64,000 bases of DNA from an uncultured Phycisphaerales bacterium (GCA_963758525.1 CAVWVQ010000003.1:3968001-4032000), one strand, 5' to 3'. Positions 9,452 to 18,943 are shown, counted from the stretch's first letter. Notes: generated by a model not told the origin, from the sequence alone. Numbers and translations: made by a program.

Positions 9452-11158
9452 TGTTAAGCCGCAGTAGAAATGTCCGGTTTTTAACCGCAATAGAACTGTC
9501 ACGTTCGGCTGGCCCTGCCGAAGGCCGGCGGGCGCTGCTTCGCCGTAGGCCTGGTCACCTTGTTATTCACGATCGGCTTCTTCACGCGCACCGGTTTCGG
9601 CTGCTCGGGCAGCTCGCGGTAGGCCAGTCGTGTTCGAACGTCCTGTAGTTGAATCGTGCCGTCCCAGGTGCCGCACCGTCACGCGCCGTCCCGCCAGTTG
9701 CAGGCGTTCGTGGGCCCGGTCGATCTGGAACCAGCGGCTCTCGTAACGCACGCACCAGTCCTGGCCCACCACCCGTTCCTCTGCAAAACACAGCACCTCC
9801 CTCAACTTCACGCCCCGCGCCAGTCGTCGGTGCGCGTCGGCCCTGCGCCGCGCCGCTACGACCTGCCTCGCGTTCATCTTCGGCAGGAAGTCCTCTTTCA
9901 GGAACGTGTTCCCCGCCTCCATCGTGCTGATGCCCGCGAGCCGCATTTCTTTGACCAGCCGATCCTGCATCGTGCGGTTTTGTCGCTCGACGCGCCCTTT
10001 GGCCTGCGGCGAGTGCGCCTTGATCAGCGTCACCCCCAGTTCCTTCATCGCCCGCCCGAACTGCGTGAGGGGCACTTCGCCCGCCAGTTCCTCCGCCGTC
10101 GTCACCGGGCGGTCCGACCGGTAGATGCTGTCGCGGTCGACGTACACGCTCCGCGGCACACCGTACAACTCGATCCATTCCCCGAACGACTCGAAGGCCG
10201 CCACGGTCGTCTCCTCCTTGAAGAACTTCGCGTGGGTCCGGCTGGTGGCGTCGTCCACCAAGTCCATCAGTACGCACTTGGGACCCCGGCCCTCGAACCA
10301 GTCGTGCGGCGACCCGTCCATCTGCACCATTTCGCCGAAGCACGCCCGACGTTCGCGGCGGCTGCGGTGCTTGCGCCCCGGCGCAGGCGCGTCCACACGC
10401 CCGCCTCCTTCAGAAGCCGCGTCAGCGTGTCCGCGCTAACCGCCAGGCCGTCCTCGGCCAGCTTCTCGCTGGCATGCGTCGGCCCGAAATCCGCGTAACG
10501 CGCCTGGTGGCGATTGACGATCTGCTGGCGTTTGGCCTCATCGATTCGGCGGTTCGACGCCCGGCCACGCGACCGATGTACCAGGCCCGCGTCCTTTTCC
10601 GCCAGGAACCGCTTGTGGATCCGCCGCGCCTGTCGCTCGGACAAGTTCAGCCATTGCGCCGCCCGAACCAGCGTGATCTCCCCTCGCTTCACCCGACCAA
10701 AAACCTCCAGCCGCAGCCGCTCGTTGCGGCTCATGCTCAATGCTTTCATCCGAGCCGTTTACAGCCAAACCGAGCGCGTCGCCTCAACCCGGCCTGCACG
10801 CGACCCAGCAAGGCCGCCGTCAGCTTGACCTTGAGCCGCCCGGGGAACGAGGATGTCTCTGCCGCCTGGAGGATAGGGCTCCGCAGGAGTGCGACCCGAG
10901 CGCCAGTCGGTTGCCATACGGCAATGGATCGGGCGGACCTGCTCCGCCCGATCCCGCCGCATCCAACCTGCCGGCGGCACCAAAGCGCAAAACTCCGGGG
11001 TTTGGGGCAGAGCCCCAAGAAGCGTTTCAGTCTTCTTCCTTACCTCTTCCATCCACGTGACAAAGCAAGCAACCGACAAAATAGCGCATCCACTGCGAAC
11101 CGGGAAACCGGACATTTCTATTGCGGCTAAGGGGTGACATTTCTATTGCGGCACAACA
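9452..11158 (-). mobile_element. IS1202-family (formerly ISNCY) insertion sequence with a 16-bp target-site duplication
   Basis: Ends TGTT...AACA, each carrying two sub-terminal copies of GCCGCAATAGAAATGTC-like repeats; flanking direct repeat AGAGCGCAATGACGAC at 9436-9451 and 11159-11174. Confidence 0.9.
9499..10749 (-). CDS. DDE transposase (IS1202/ISNCY type), split by apparent frameshifts near 10390 and 9660
   Basis: N-terminal HTH (LSERQARR, GLVHRSRGRASN, DFGPTHASEKL) and catalytic core QMDGSPHDW, VDDATS, YVDRDS, SPQAKGRVER..RTMQDRL. Confidence 0.88.
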
Positions 11159-11318
11159 AGAGCGCAATGACGACAGTGTCATCGCAGAATTGATTGAATG
11201 TGACGCGAACTTCCCAGGGACCACGCAATTGCTCGACAGCGGGGCTCGGCGGGGTCCGTGACGGTTTCGGCGCGGCATTTGCGTCATGCCACGATCTTAG
11301 TCACGCAGGGAGGACACG

Positions 11319-11410
11319 AACGGGGCGCGTCCCGTTATCTCCGTCCGGAGTAAAGGTAAGCGGCAGCAAAGCGGGGATGGAGGGCCGTCATTTAGCTGAT
11401 GGCTTTTTTT
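11319..11410. repeat. Palindrome plus conserved hairpin element, copy C (more diverged)
   Basis: aacggggcgcgtcccgtt followed by aaaggtaagcggcagcaaagcggggatggagggc...gctgatggc. Confidence 0.65.
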
Positions 11411-11545
11411 ACTGACTACTTTCATGGCCGCTTGACTCGCTCGGGGCCGAGGTGGCTCGCTATACCTTCCTCGCATGAAACTTTGATTCACTGCACCTCG
11501 CCGGCGTCGCCGCGTACGACGGCCCGCTTTCCTCGCCCGAAGCTT

Positions 11546-12724
11546 TTACGAGCCGACCTTCGCCATCGTAGATACAGGTTCAATGGTGGCGCGCATGCCG
11601 TCCGCTCCCGCGAAGACACCGTCGGCAATTCGCCGCAAGTCGTAGGTGCCAACTTCGCATGTCACCGTGAGCAGCGTGTCATTTAGCGTGCATACGAAGT
11701 TTCCCTCGGCATAGCTCCCATAATCGCCTTCACGTTGAAGAATAAGGTATGAAGTACAGAGACCGCTGGGGAAGCCGGAGAGGGCGATTATGAAACCATC
11801 TTTGCGCTCGTACCGAGTCGCTAAACAATCCAAAAAACCGTTCGTATAGTTGGCGATAACACTTGCAAAATAGGCCAGAGTATCCACGGCGTCCGCCGCA
11901 AACGGTTGTTCTTGGGCTGATGTTACGATAACCACGCCCGCTCGCTCGACTGTGCAGGGGCGCTTAATGTGCGAGAAGACAAACTTTTCGGGAGGGCTAT
12001 CGCACGGCCTCTCCTGTTCTGACGGCTTGAGAAGTTGCCGGCAATTGTCGACGCTCTGCTCGAAGCATGACTTCGAGGCAAAACAATAAGCGGCAAGTTC
12101 GTTGACGTCAGTTGTTCCGATTCTCTTAGGGAGTCCTTCCGTGATTCCTGACGCGTAATTGAGCTGAAGAGTCCCGCTCTTGCAGCCGAATTCGTTTAGC
12201 CTGCGAAACCCATTGAGGAACCACACCTGAATCGAGAACTGGCCCGACTCAACGCCCAAAATCAGCTGAATGCTCTCCTGAAGCTTAGCGATGATCGGTT
12301 TCAGTCCGTCCGCAAAGAGGGTTTCCATATCCACATCGGCGAGCGCGCGCACATTATCGCACTTGCGTGCGTTCAGAATATCGAACAACGACCGGACCAA
12401 GCGATATGACTCCGATCGGCGGCGAATCTCGCGATTACAGGCATTGAGGCGATCCGTCATTTCGACCGCCTCGGCGAGGGCAAGTGCGGGGGACGCGACC
12501 TGTTGCGCCACTAGGTAAAGCGCGAGGAACAAATGGACGGTCCCGAGAACGATCAGACACCAACCAGCTCCGGCGCTCGGCGGGGTGGCGGTCCACTTGT
12601 TGACCAGAACTGCTTCAAGGATTGGGAACAGCGCGGTACTCAGCACCAGCAGCACGACGTTCAAGGCTTTAGAGACAACGAGCTGTTGTTTCAGATGGTC
12701 CCAATAGATTGTCTGTTTACGCAT
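11546..12724 (-). CDS. Hypothetical membrane protein: two N-terminal TM helices, coiled coil and possible GAF-like domain
   Basis: 392-aa ORF with two hydrophobic segments; GVVIVTS...PF...VDTLAYFASVIA resembles a GAF C-terminal strand/helix. Confidence 0.65.
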   Translation of the reverse strand: MRKQTIYWDHLKQQLVVSKALNVVLLVLSTALFPILEAVLVNKWTATPPSAGAGWCLIVLGTVHLFLALYLVAQQVASPALALAEAVEMTDRLNACNREIRRRSESYRLVRSLFDILNARKCDNVRALADVDMETLFADGLKPIIAKLQESIQLILGVESGQFSIQVWFLNGFRRLNEFGCKSGTLQLNYASGITEGLPKRIGTTDVNELAAYCFASKSCFEQSVDNCRQLLKPSEQERPCDSPPEKFVFSHIKRPCTVERAGVVIVTSAQEQPFAADAVDTLAYFASVIANYTNGFLDCLATRYERKDGFIIALSGFPSGLCTSYLILQREGDYGSYAEGNFVCTLNDTLLTVTCEVGTYDLRRIADGVFAGADGMRATIEPVSTMAKVGS

Positions 12725-12789
12725 TAGGTGACCACATTATGTTACGCGGGACTCCAGCGATTGGTGGCGGCACCACAACGATCAACAGT

Positions 12790-13045
12790 CGCGTACGGCA
12801 ACTGGCGTACCTCTGCGCCAGTCAGACATTGGACCATGGACGCGGCCGATACATTGCGTCTGCCCGTGATAGTGAAGGACTCGGACAAGCTCTTCACGTT
12901 CTGCGCGTGAATCGCGTGGAACCGACCAACGACCACTCCGAACGTTCGCTGCGTTTCCTGGCGATCATGCGCAAGATCCGCAGCGGCATCTTTAGTCGCA
13001 AAGCCAGCGGATCCCACAGTGTGCCCGCGTCGCTACTGCCGCATC
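12790..13045 (+). pseudogene. IS66-family transposase C-terminal remnant
   Basis: LFTF / VEPTNDHSERSLRFLAIMRKI resembles the IS66 TnpC motif EPTNNxAERxLR..V..RK; frameshifted, no N-terminus. Confidence 0.7.
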
Positions 13046-13058
13046 AATGGCTTGAACT

Positions 13059-14405
13059 TTACGGGGTGGGAATAGCCGAAAGTTCCTTTCGAATTTGTTC
13101 GCCCGCTGCCTGAATTCCATTCGTGATGTCGATGTAGATGATTCCCTTCAGGTCTGACGGAATTTCGGTTTTCCCCTTGTGAAGAAGAATCACCCGACCA
13201 GAACGCCGACCAAGCATCCCATAAAAATAACCGAGTTCGAAGATAACGTTCTGGCGCGTGCGCTCGATTCGCGCCTTGTCACTCGTGCCGCCAACGTCGT
13301 CCGGCGTCACCAGCACGAAGGCCACGTCGATGTCTGAGGCGTATTCCTCGAATTTTTCGATAATGGTGCGCCCTGCGCTCGCCTGCTGATCAAGAATGAT
13401 CGGCTCCGGCATCTTCAAGACGTTCTGGAGATAATCCTTCAACCCGAGTTTTGCTGCTGGGTCGTGACCATGAACGATAAACGAACGGATTTTCTGAACC
13501 ATCAGAATTTTCCCTTTCTTTCGATATTGTAATGGCAGGATGGCCGGGGGATCAACATGCGCCAAACATGCTTGCCACCGCAGATCCGTTCTCAGCGCCA
13601 ACAGTACTGATGTCGCGGCTGTCTCCACGATTTCGAGGATGCCCGCTGCACGACACCTTTCGCGAATGACCTTGTACGAGAGGTCGTCACCGGCCGAAGG
13701 CACTGGGTGCGGCGATTCCAAGTACACCAAATCTGTCACGACCCCTGCGTCCAGTTCGTTAACAAAACTGGCAAAATATGACTCATTAATTACGGAATGC
13801 ATCCGGTTGCGCAGAACCGGATTCCGAGAACGAGGGACAAGCAATGGTAAGACATACGGGACGATGAACGCCTTGTCATTCAATCGTTCCGGGACCGCCG
13901 CCCACCGTTTTTCAAGGTCTTTCGGGATCGCGATCTTAACGCCGTCGAGTAGGCTGGCAACTCCCCGCCCCTTCTCAAGTCTTGCAATCCAATCTTTCTT
14001 GATGTCGTTAGTTGCGCTCGCTCGCCGTGTACGAAATGGCGGTATGTGCCCTCCCCGAAAACCTTTGTACGCGCGCGATTGATTCGACCCGCTGCGGTAT
14101 TGACTCAGTTTCTCATAACGAAATTCCTCCAGGCTACTACCGCTCCCCACGAGCCGGATCAAGCCCATCTCGTACACCGCCTGAAGTTCGTCCAGTATCA
14201 TTCGGCAATCTGCCGATTCGAGATAGGATGCGGCGGGCACAAGAACTTCCTCCGCAGCGAGAACAGCGAAGCGCGTGGCGAGTCTACACTCTCGAACGAG
14301 CGCCCCGCCGATCTGATCTGCCGACTTCATCTCTAAGAAATGGAGATCGAAGAAGTGAAGAAACAGTCGCGGAATCAGCCGCATTGGGGCGTTTCCGAGC
14401 GTCAT
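13059..14405 (-). CDS. Unknown N-terminal domain fused to a Cap12/Pycsar-type TIR (predicted nucleotide-binding TIR-like) domain
   Basis: C-terminal FIVHGHD, TIIEKFE, AFVLVTPDD, RQNVIFELGYF and EIPSDLKG are hallmark motifs of this TIR family. Confidence 0.88.
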   Translation of the reverse strand: MTLGNAPMRLIPRLFLHFFDLHFLEMKSADQIGGALVRECRLATRFAVLAAEEVLVPAASYLESADCRMILDELQAVYEMGLIRLVGSGSSLEEFRYEKLSQYRSGSNQSRAYKGFRGGHIPPFRTRRASATNDIKKDWIARLEKGRGVASLLDGVKIAIPKDLEKRWAAVPERLNDKAFIVPYVLPLLVPRSRNPVLRNRMHSVINESYFASFVNELDAGVVTDLVYLESPHPVPSAGDDLSYKVIRERCRAAGILEIVETAATSVLLALRTDLRWQACLAHVDPPAILPLQYRKKGKILMVQKIRSFIVHGHDPAAKLGLKDYLQNVLKMPEPIILDQQASAGRTIIEKFEEYASDIDVAFVLVTPDDVGGTSDKARIERTRQNVIFELGYFYGMLGRRSGRVILLHKGKTEIPSDLKGIIYIDITNGIQAAGEQIRKELSAIPTP

Positions 14406-14408
14406 GAT

Positions 14409-14918
14409 CTAACTAAAAAGAAGCAGTTGCGCGTCCTCGTGCTTACAAAACGCTCGAAAATCTCCGACCAACTTAGAGAACTCTTGGCAAAGCGGAATTG
14501 CTGCCCACGCCTGAAGTTCGTCCTCAAACGCTTCAGGCATGTCCTGGTAGAGATAAATACGCTTTGACTGAGCGAATGCGACAGCGATCTCCGCAAAGGT
14601 ATTGGGACCAACGTAATTCCTGATATCGTATTTGTCGCAATTAATGGCGACAACAGCAAATGTGGACGGGTGTCGAATTTTGCGCAAGTATTGATAGGAG
14701 ACTTTCCGCTTGAACAGCCGAAACTCTTCCGGCGTCAGAGAATGCTTGATGTGATCTTCCGCAACCGGGACGACTGTTGGGATACCTGAACGCTGGAGGA
14801 TTTTCTGAATGCGCAGCATTTCGCCGTATGCGCTCATGCTGCCGCAGAGCACAACACGCCACTGCATCCGCTGGCGGCCGATCCTGTTCTGCGGTTTAGT
14901 CGTTTTTGAATCGCCCAT
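14409..14918 (-). CDS. Nucleoside 2-deoxyribosyltransferase-like (flavodoxin/TIR-related fold) protein; alternative start 14867
   Basis: RVVLCGSM, YLRKI, AVVAIN..K...NYVGPNTFAEIAVAFAQSKRIYL; fits the NDT-type G..T..E...A motif. Confidence 0.7.
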   Translation of the reverse strand: MGDSKTTKPQNRIGRQRMQWRVVLCGSMSAYGEMLRIQKILQRSGIPTVVPVAEDHIKHSLTPEEFRLFKRKVSYQYLRKIRHPSTFAVVAINCDKYDIRNYVGPNTFAEIAVAFAQSKRIYLYQDMPEAFEDELQAWAAIPLCQEFSKLVGDFRAFCKHEDAQLLLFS

Positions 14919-15396
14919 GCAGCAAATCTTCCTCGGCCATTGAGTATTCGTCCGATCTTGCCTCAAAAATTCGCGTCAGTTTAACGGTGCCATCTGTAAT
15001 CTGACGCGCCAGGGCTTCAGCAGATACGATGCACGAATCAGGTACGGCGACCGGTAGGTCTGCTGGCTGATTCTCGAAAAAAATTGGCCGACCACACTGA
15101 ATGATGCGACCAACCTCGTAACACGTCGTTCGACCGATGTAACGTTCCGGCGAGACGACATACACCAAGTCGGAGCGGAGAATTCGGTGCAACGCAATCG
15201 TCTGGACCATCGGGTCATCTGCATGCGGAGGGTCAGACCGAAATCGAACGAAATCGATTCCCGGCTCGATAATTTCATCGCCCTGCGGCGAAGTGATCTC
15301 CATTGCGGCGTCGCGAAACACCTCTCGTGCGCGGCTGACTTGCGCGAGGTGTTGCTTAAAGCTCCCGATAATTGCAATTGTCTTGGGCCTTGGCAT
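14896..15396 (-). CDS. Nucleoside 2-deoxyribosyltransferase-like protein
   Basis: TIAIIGSFK, HRILRSDLVYVV and YIGRTTCYEVGRI...RPIFF; ATG at 15396 with a GGAAG RBS-like sequence. Confidence 0.7.
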   Translation of the reverse strand: MPRPKTIAIIGSFKQHLAQVSRAREVFRDAAMEITSPQGDEIIEPGIDFVRFRSDPPHADDPMVQTIALHRILRSDLVYVVSPERYIGRTTCYEVGRIIQCGRPIFFENQPADLPVAVPDSCIVSAEALARQITDGTVKLTRIFEARSDEYSMAEEDLLHGRFKND

Positions 15397-16302
15397 ATCA
15401 CTTCCATCCAAACGGAGCCAGATTTTACTGTGGCTCGGGCCACAGGGCCAAATTGGGGCGTACATGTACTGTACACTGCGGGTCCGCCCGTCAAATGATC
15501 CGTCTGCCGCCACGTCACTGAAATTGAGACATGGTCGGACCGGCGTCCTGCGGCATGATCGCACCCAATCGTCCAGTGGGGTTCGCATCTACGTCATACA
15601 ATCGCTGGCGTTCCTCCATTTCCTCCGCGACGTCGGTCTTTCGATCTTCAAAAGCCGGAAAAGCGACATCACTTGGACATCACTGATTTCTCGGTGTCGC
15701 CCTTTGCCCGCTTCCTGGTCCGCGCGGTGTGAACTTCAAGCCTGGGCAGCCCGTGGCTAAAGTCGCGTTCAGAGACCGACGACCGGTTCGACAACCTCAC
15801 CGCGGGCCTGTTCGACAAACTCACTGCAGGAATTCGCTCGGCTCCGTGCTGACGCGATGTTGATATTCCCCGGCGATCCCCTTTCAGTTCGCGCAGCTCG
15901 ACACGACCTCATTCACGGACCGTTGAGCGTCGCCAATCGCTCGAAGCCATCCGCGGAGGTCTTTGCGAGTTGTCCATTGCAGCCCGTGGTAAAAGTTCCC
16001 GGCATGCCGGGAATGCTTACAGCTTCGGGCCGGGCTCTACGTTGTCGGGACTTGCCCGTCCCGGCATGACTGCTGCGCCTCGACGCCTTGATCCCGGCCC
16101 GAATCCGCGGCGCACCGGCGCGCGGGACATTTACCAAGGGCTGCTGGGCCCCTCGTCAATTCCCCAGAGAAACAGGCAGTCCCAGCGTGCATTGAGCCGC
16201 TCGATGGCGGCCATCAGGACCACGCCGCCGTAGCCGAGGAAGAAAATGTGGTCGGCGATCGCTGCGAGATCCAGATGCCGTGAAGAAGCAATCCGAAGAG
16301 AC

Positions 16303-16424
16303 GGTTGCCACAGATGAAGATGATGAACAGATAAATCCGGGGAAACGCGCGATCGCGTTCACTTCATACTTCTCAAACCGACTCTGAATTTATCTGTGTC
16401 CATCTGACTTTGCATCTGTGGCAA
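16303..16424. repeat. Imperfect inverted repeat (GTTGCCACAGATG ... CATCTGTGGCAAC)
   Basis: The terminal 13-mers are exact reverse complements; the inner arms acagataaat / atttatctgt also pair. Confidence 0.8.
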
Positions 16425-16634
16425 CATTCTTTGATTTGAGCATTCCTTGTCTGCAGTCGCTCGCTTCGTTCTGCATCATGATCGACTTTTCACTCAGGTC
16501 CACGCCCCGCAAGCGAGGCGGCTAAAGGAGACGGACTGCTCCGCAGCCAACGAGGCATAATCAGCGTCCGACCTGCCTGCGGCACTGGATTTTTTCGATC
16601 GATTGCAAGACCATCGGTGACACGGAGGTTCACA

Positions 16635-17189
16635 ATGCCCTTCTACAACTTTTACGGGGAATTTGGCGACGGAGATGATGACGGCAACAGCGAGTCAACA
16701 TCGCCCGGCTCATTTGAATATAAGGGTGCAACTGCCCAATTCAACGCTGACGATCTGAAGGGCGTCCCCGCCGTTGCCCTGGGAATGGTCTTGGCCGCTG
16801 GCATCGCAGAGATGCGGGTTCTCTACGACGGCGGAAGCGATGAGGGGTTCGCCCATGCCGACGACATGTGGATCAATGGTGACCGAAAAGTCGTCGATGA
16901 GATATGTGAGATGCTGGCTTCGCCGGCGAACGTTGATGCGATACGAGCCGCCGCAACCGAACCAGACGGTTCCCAATGGGGCGACGCGATCGCGCATTAC
17001 CGCAAGAAGGAACCTCGCAAGGTCGTCGCCGACGCCCTCGATGAGCTGGCCCACGAGATCGCATCGCAACTGCTCGGCTCCGGTTATGGCACGGGCGAGT
17101 ACGAGTTGTACGGCGCCGTGATGGTTGTCTTCGAAACCGGCGAGATGATCGACGACGCCAACGCGGAACGGCCCCTCGATCGGATGTGA
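16635..17189 (+). CDS. Acidic hypothetical protein, DUF6878-like
   Basis: GGAGG RBS; AGIAEMRVLYDGGSDEG motif; lies directly upstream of the DUF6915-like gene. Confidence 0.55.
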   Translation: MPFYNFYGEFGDGDDDGNSESTSPGSFEYKGATAQFNADDLKGVPAVALGMVLAAGIAEMRVLYDGGSDEGFAHADDMWINGDRKVVDEICEMLASPANVDAIRAAATEPDGSQWGDAIAHYRKKEPRKVVADALDELAHEIASQLLGSGYGTGEYELYGAVMVVFETGEMIDDANAERPLDRM

Positions 17190-17193
17190 CTAC

Positions 17194-17631
17194 ATGGCGC
17201 ATCCGTGGCATCATGCCGTTCGCTCCGCCAAGCTCTTTGGGGGCTCTCCCGAAGATTATCTTGCGGTCCACAACTGGTTCGACGAATCGAAGGCGTTTGT
17301 GCCCGACATTCGGCATCGCGCACTACGGCATCATTCCGAGGGGATTTTCCTGTGCGAACGATTGCTGGGCATCACTCTGAAAAATTCCGCCGGTCGTGAG
17401 GTTCCGGTACGCCAGATCGGTGAACAACACGTCAAGGACGATCTCGGCTGGGTCCCAACCGCAAAAGATTGGCTCGTGCATCTGCGCGTTGAGCCCTGGA
17501 TGAGCCGAACACCGTTCAGGCCGTCGAGCGAAGAGGAGGATCAGGCTGCAAAGGATGCGGCAGCCATTCACGACGTGCGTTCGCAGCCAGGCGGCGTTGT
17601 CGTCCCGACTGAGGAAACTTCACGGAAATGA
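17194..17631 (+). CDS. DUF6915-like protein
   Basis: MAHPWHHA.SA..FGG..EDY...H.WFDESK, RHRALRHH.EGIF and VPVR.IGEQHV..DLG motifs. Confidence 0.8.
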   Translation: MAHPWHHAVRSAKLFGGSPEDYLAVHNWFDESKAFVPDIRHRALRHHSEGIFLCERLLGITLKNSAGREVPVRQIGEQHVKDDLGWVPTAKDWLVHLRVEPWMSRTPFRPSSEEEDQAAKDAAAIHDVRSQPGGVVVPTEETSRK

Positions 17632-17657
17632 CGTCGCGTGCCTGCGCGACGAATTCC

Positions 17658-17842
17658 GGAGACTATTGCCACAAAAGACACAAAGAGTGCAAAAGGGAAA
17701 AGCGGGAAAGTCTCGCTTTCTTCTTTTTTTGTGTTTTTTGAGTTGCTTCGTGGCAATTTCTCCTCGCGTGGCTGCTACCAAACAGAAAGAATGCAACCGC
17801 AGATGAACGCAAATGAACGCAGATCGAATGAAATCACTGAGA
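17658..17842. repeat. 185-bp direct repeat, copy 1
   Basis: Matches 18759-18943 with about 4 mismatches by eye. Confidence 0.95.
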
Positions 17843-17844
17843 CG

Positions 17845-18248
17845 ACAATTTGATATACCGCACCCCTGGAAATCGGTGACGTTTCGCGTGGCAAGCGTCG
17901 CTCCGACGGAACGTGCAATCGCGGCGATCTGGGCATCCATCTGGCTGATCGGTCGGCCCGCGTGACGGCGGTCAGTGGCGATGGTGGCAAATAGGCGATG
18001 GCCGCCGCGCTGTCGAAGTCTAGAATCCGCCCGGCAAAGTCCTGTGCGAGCATGCTGTCCAATGCGACCTTAAACTGCTGACGCCTTTGACCGAGTGGAA
18101 GAATTTCGATGCCGTATCGCAGTTCCGCTTCCGTGATGGCGCTGAGGAAGCAATCCGCCGGGGACCGCGCTGCGAGCCACGCTTCCACTTTCGCCTCGGG
18201 GGCAGGCTTCATGAGTTCTGAGATGACATTGGTGTCGAGCAGGATCAT
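17845..18248 (-). CDS. vapC: VapC/PIN toxin; frameshift near 17990 and 3' end apparently cut by the repeat
   Basis: MILLDTNVISELMK, SAITEAEL, then MDAQIAAIA...LATRNVTDF in another frame; the usual terminal NPW is absent. Confidence 0.8.
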
Positions 18249-18505
18249 TGACCAATGTCCAGCGGCTGGGGCATCGGGTCCCTGATCGGTTCGGCCAATT
18301 CAATGCCGCCCAGCGCACCAAAGCGGCTTCGAATGGATGCCGCAAGAGTCATGTTTGCGTTTCCGCGTGGCGGGGCGCTTTCCAAGCCCAAACCCGCCTT
18401 CATCGCTTCGACTGCAACTTGATCGACAGGGCGGTGTTGCTCGTCGGCTTTTCTCCGAAGCGCGGCGTCAAGGTCGGGCGGGATATCCCGAAGCGTCAAT
18501 GTCAT
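18245..18505 (-). CDS. FitA/VapB-like ribbon-helix-helix antitoxin
   Basis: MTLTLRDIPPDLDAALRRKA and LAASIRSRF..LGGIEL; ATGA overlap with vapC. Confidence 0.75.
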   Translation of the reverse strand: MTLTLRDIPPDLDAALRRKADEQHRPVDQVAVEAMKAGLGLESAPPRGNANMTLAASIRSRFGALGGIELAEPIRDPMPQPLDIGQ

Positions 18506-18758
18506 GGCGACATTTTATCCATCCCCGTGCGGGCCGGCAACGACAAGCAGAAGTGGCAACTCCAAGCATTCATGGCGTCATTGGGCTCTCGAGTGCACTC
18601 AAGACAGTTGTGTTGATATGAGTTGCCGCACGATTGGTGCCGCACCCGGCAGATTGACAGCGCGTACTGGCGCAACGTCATTTAGTGTAGCCGGCGAGCA
18701 TGCTCGCCGTGGTCCTTGTAGGGCGCGGGATGCGAAGCACACGTTGCAGCCACTTGGG

Positions 18759-18943
18759 GGAGACTATTGCCACAAAAGACACAAAAAGCGCAAAAGGGAA
18801 AAGCGGGAAAGTCTCGCTTTCTTCTTTTTTTGTGTTTTTTGAGTTGCTTCGTGGCAATTTCTCCTCGCGTGGCTGCTACCAAACAGAAGGAAGGCAACCG
18901 CAGATGAACGCAAATGAACGCAGATCGAATGAAATCACTGAGA
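18759..18943. repeat. 185-bp direct repeat, copy 2
   Basis: Matches 17658-17842. Confidence 0.95.

Noticed and set aside
7985..11410. Classical integron with attC sites
   Set aside because: No intI gene, and the hairpins do not clearly show the RYYYAAC...GTTRRRY R/L-box arrangement around genes; kept only as an unexplained repeat family.
13059..15396. Canonical CBASS, Pycsar or Thoeris
   Set aside because: No CD-NTase, PycC cyclase or ThsA (SIR2/Macro/SLOG) motifs were recognised in the window.
15420..16300. Protein-coding or ncRNA gene upstream of the TIR operon
   Set aside because: Only short motif-less ORFs and a small gttcgacaa(c/a)ctcac repeat pair at about 15787-15825; nothing supportable.
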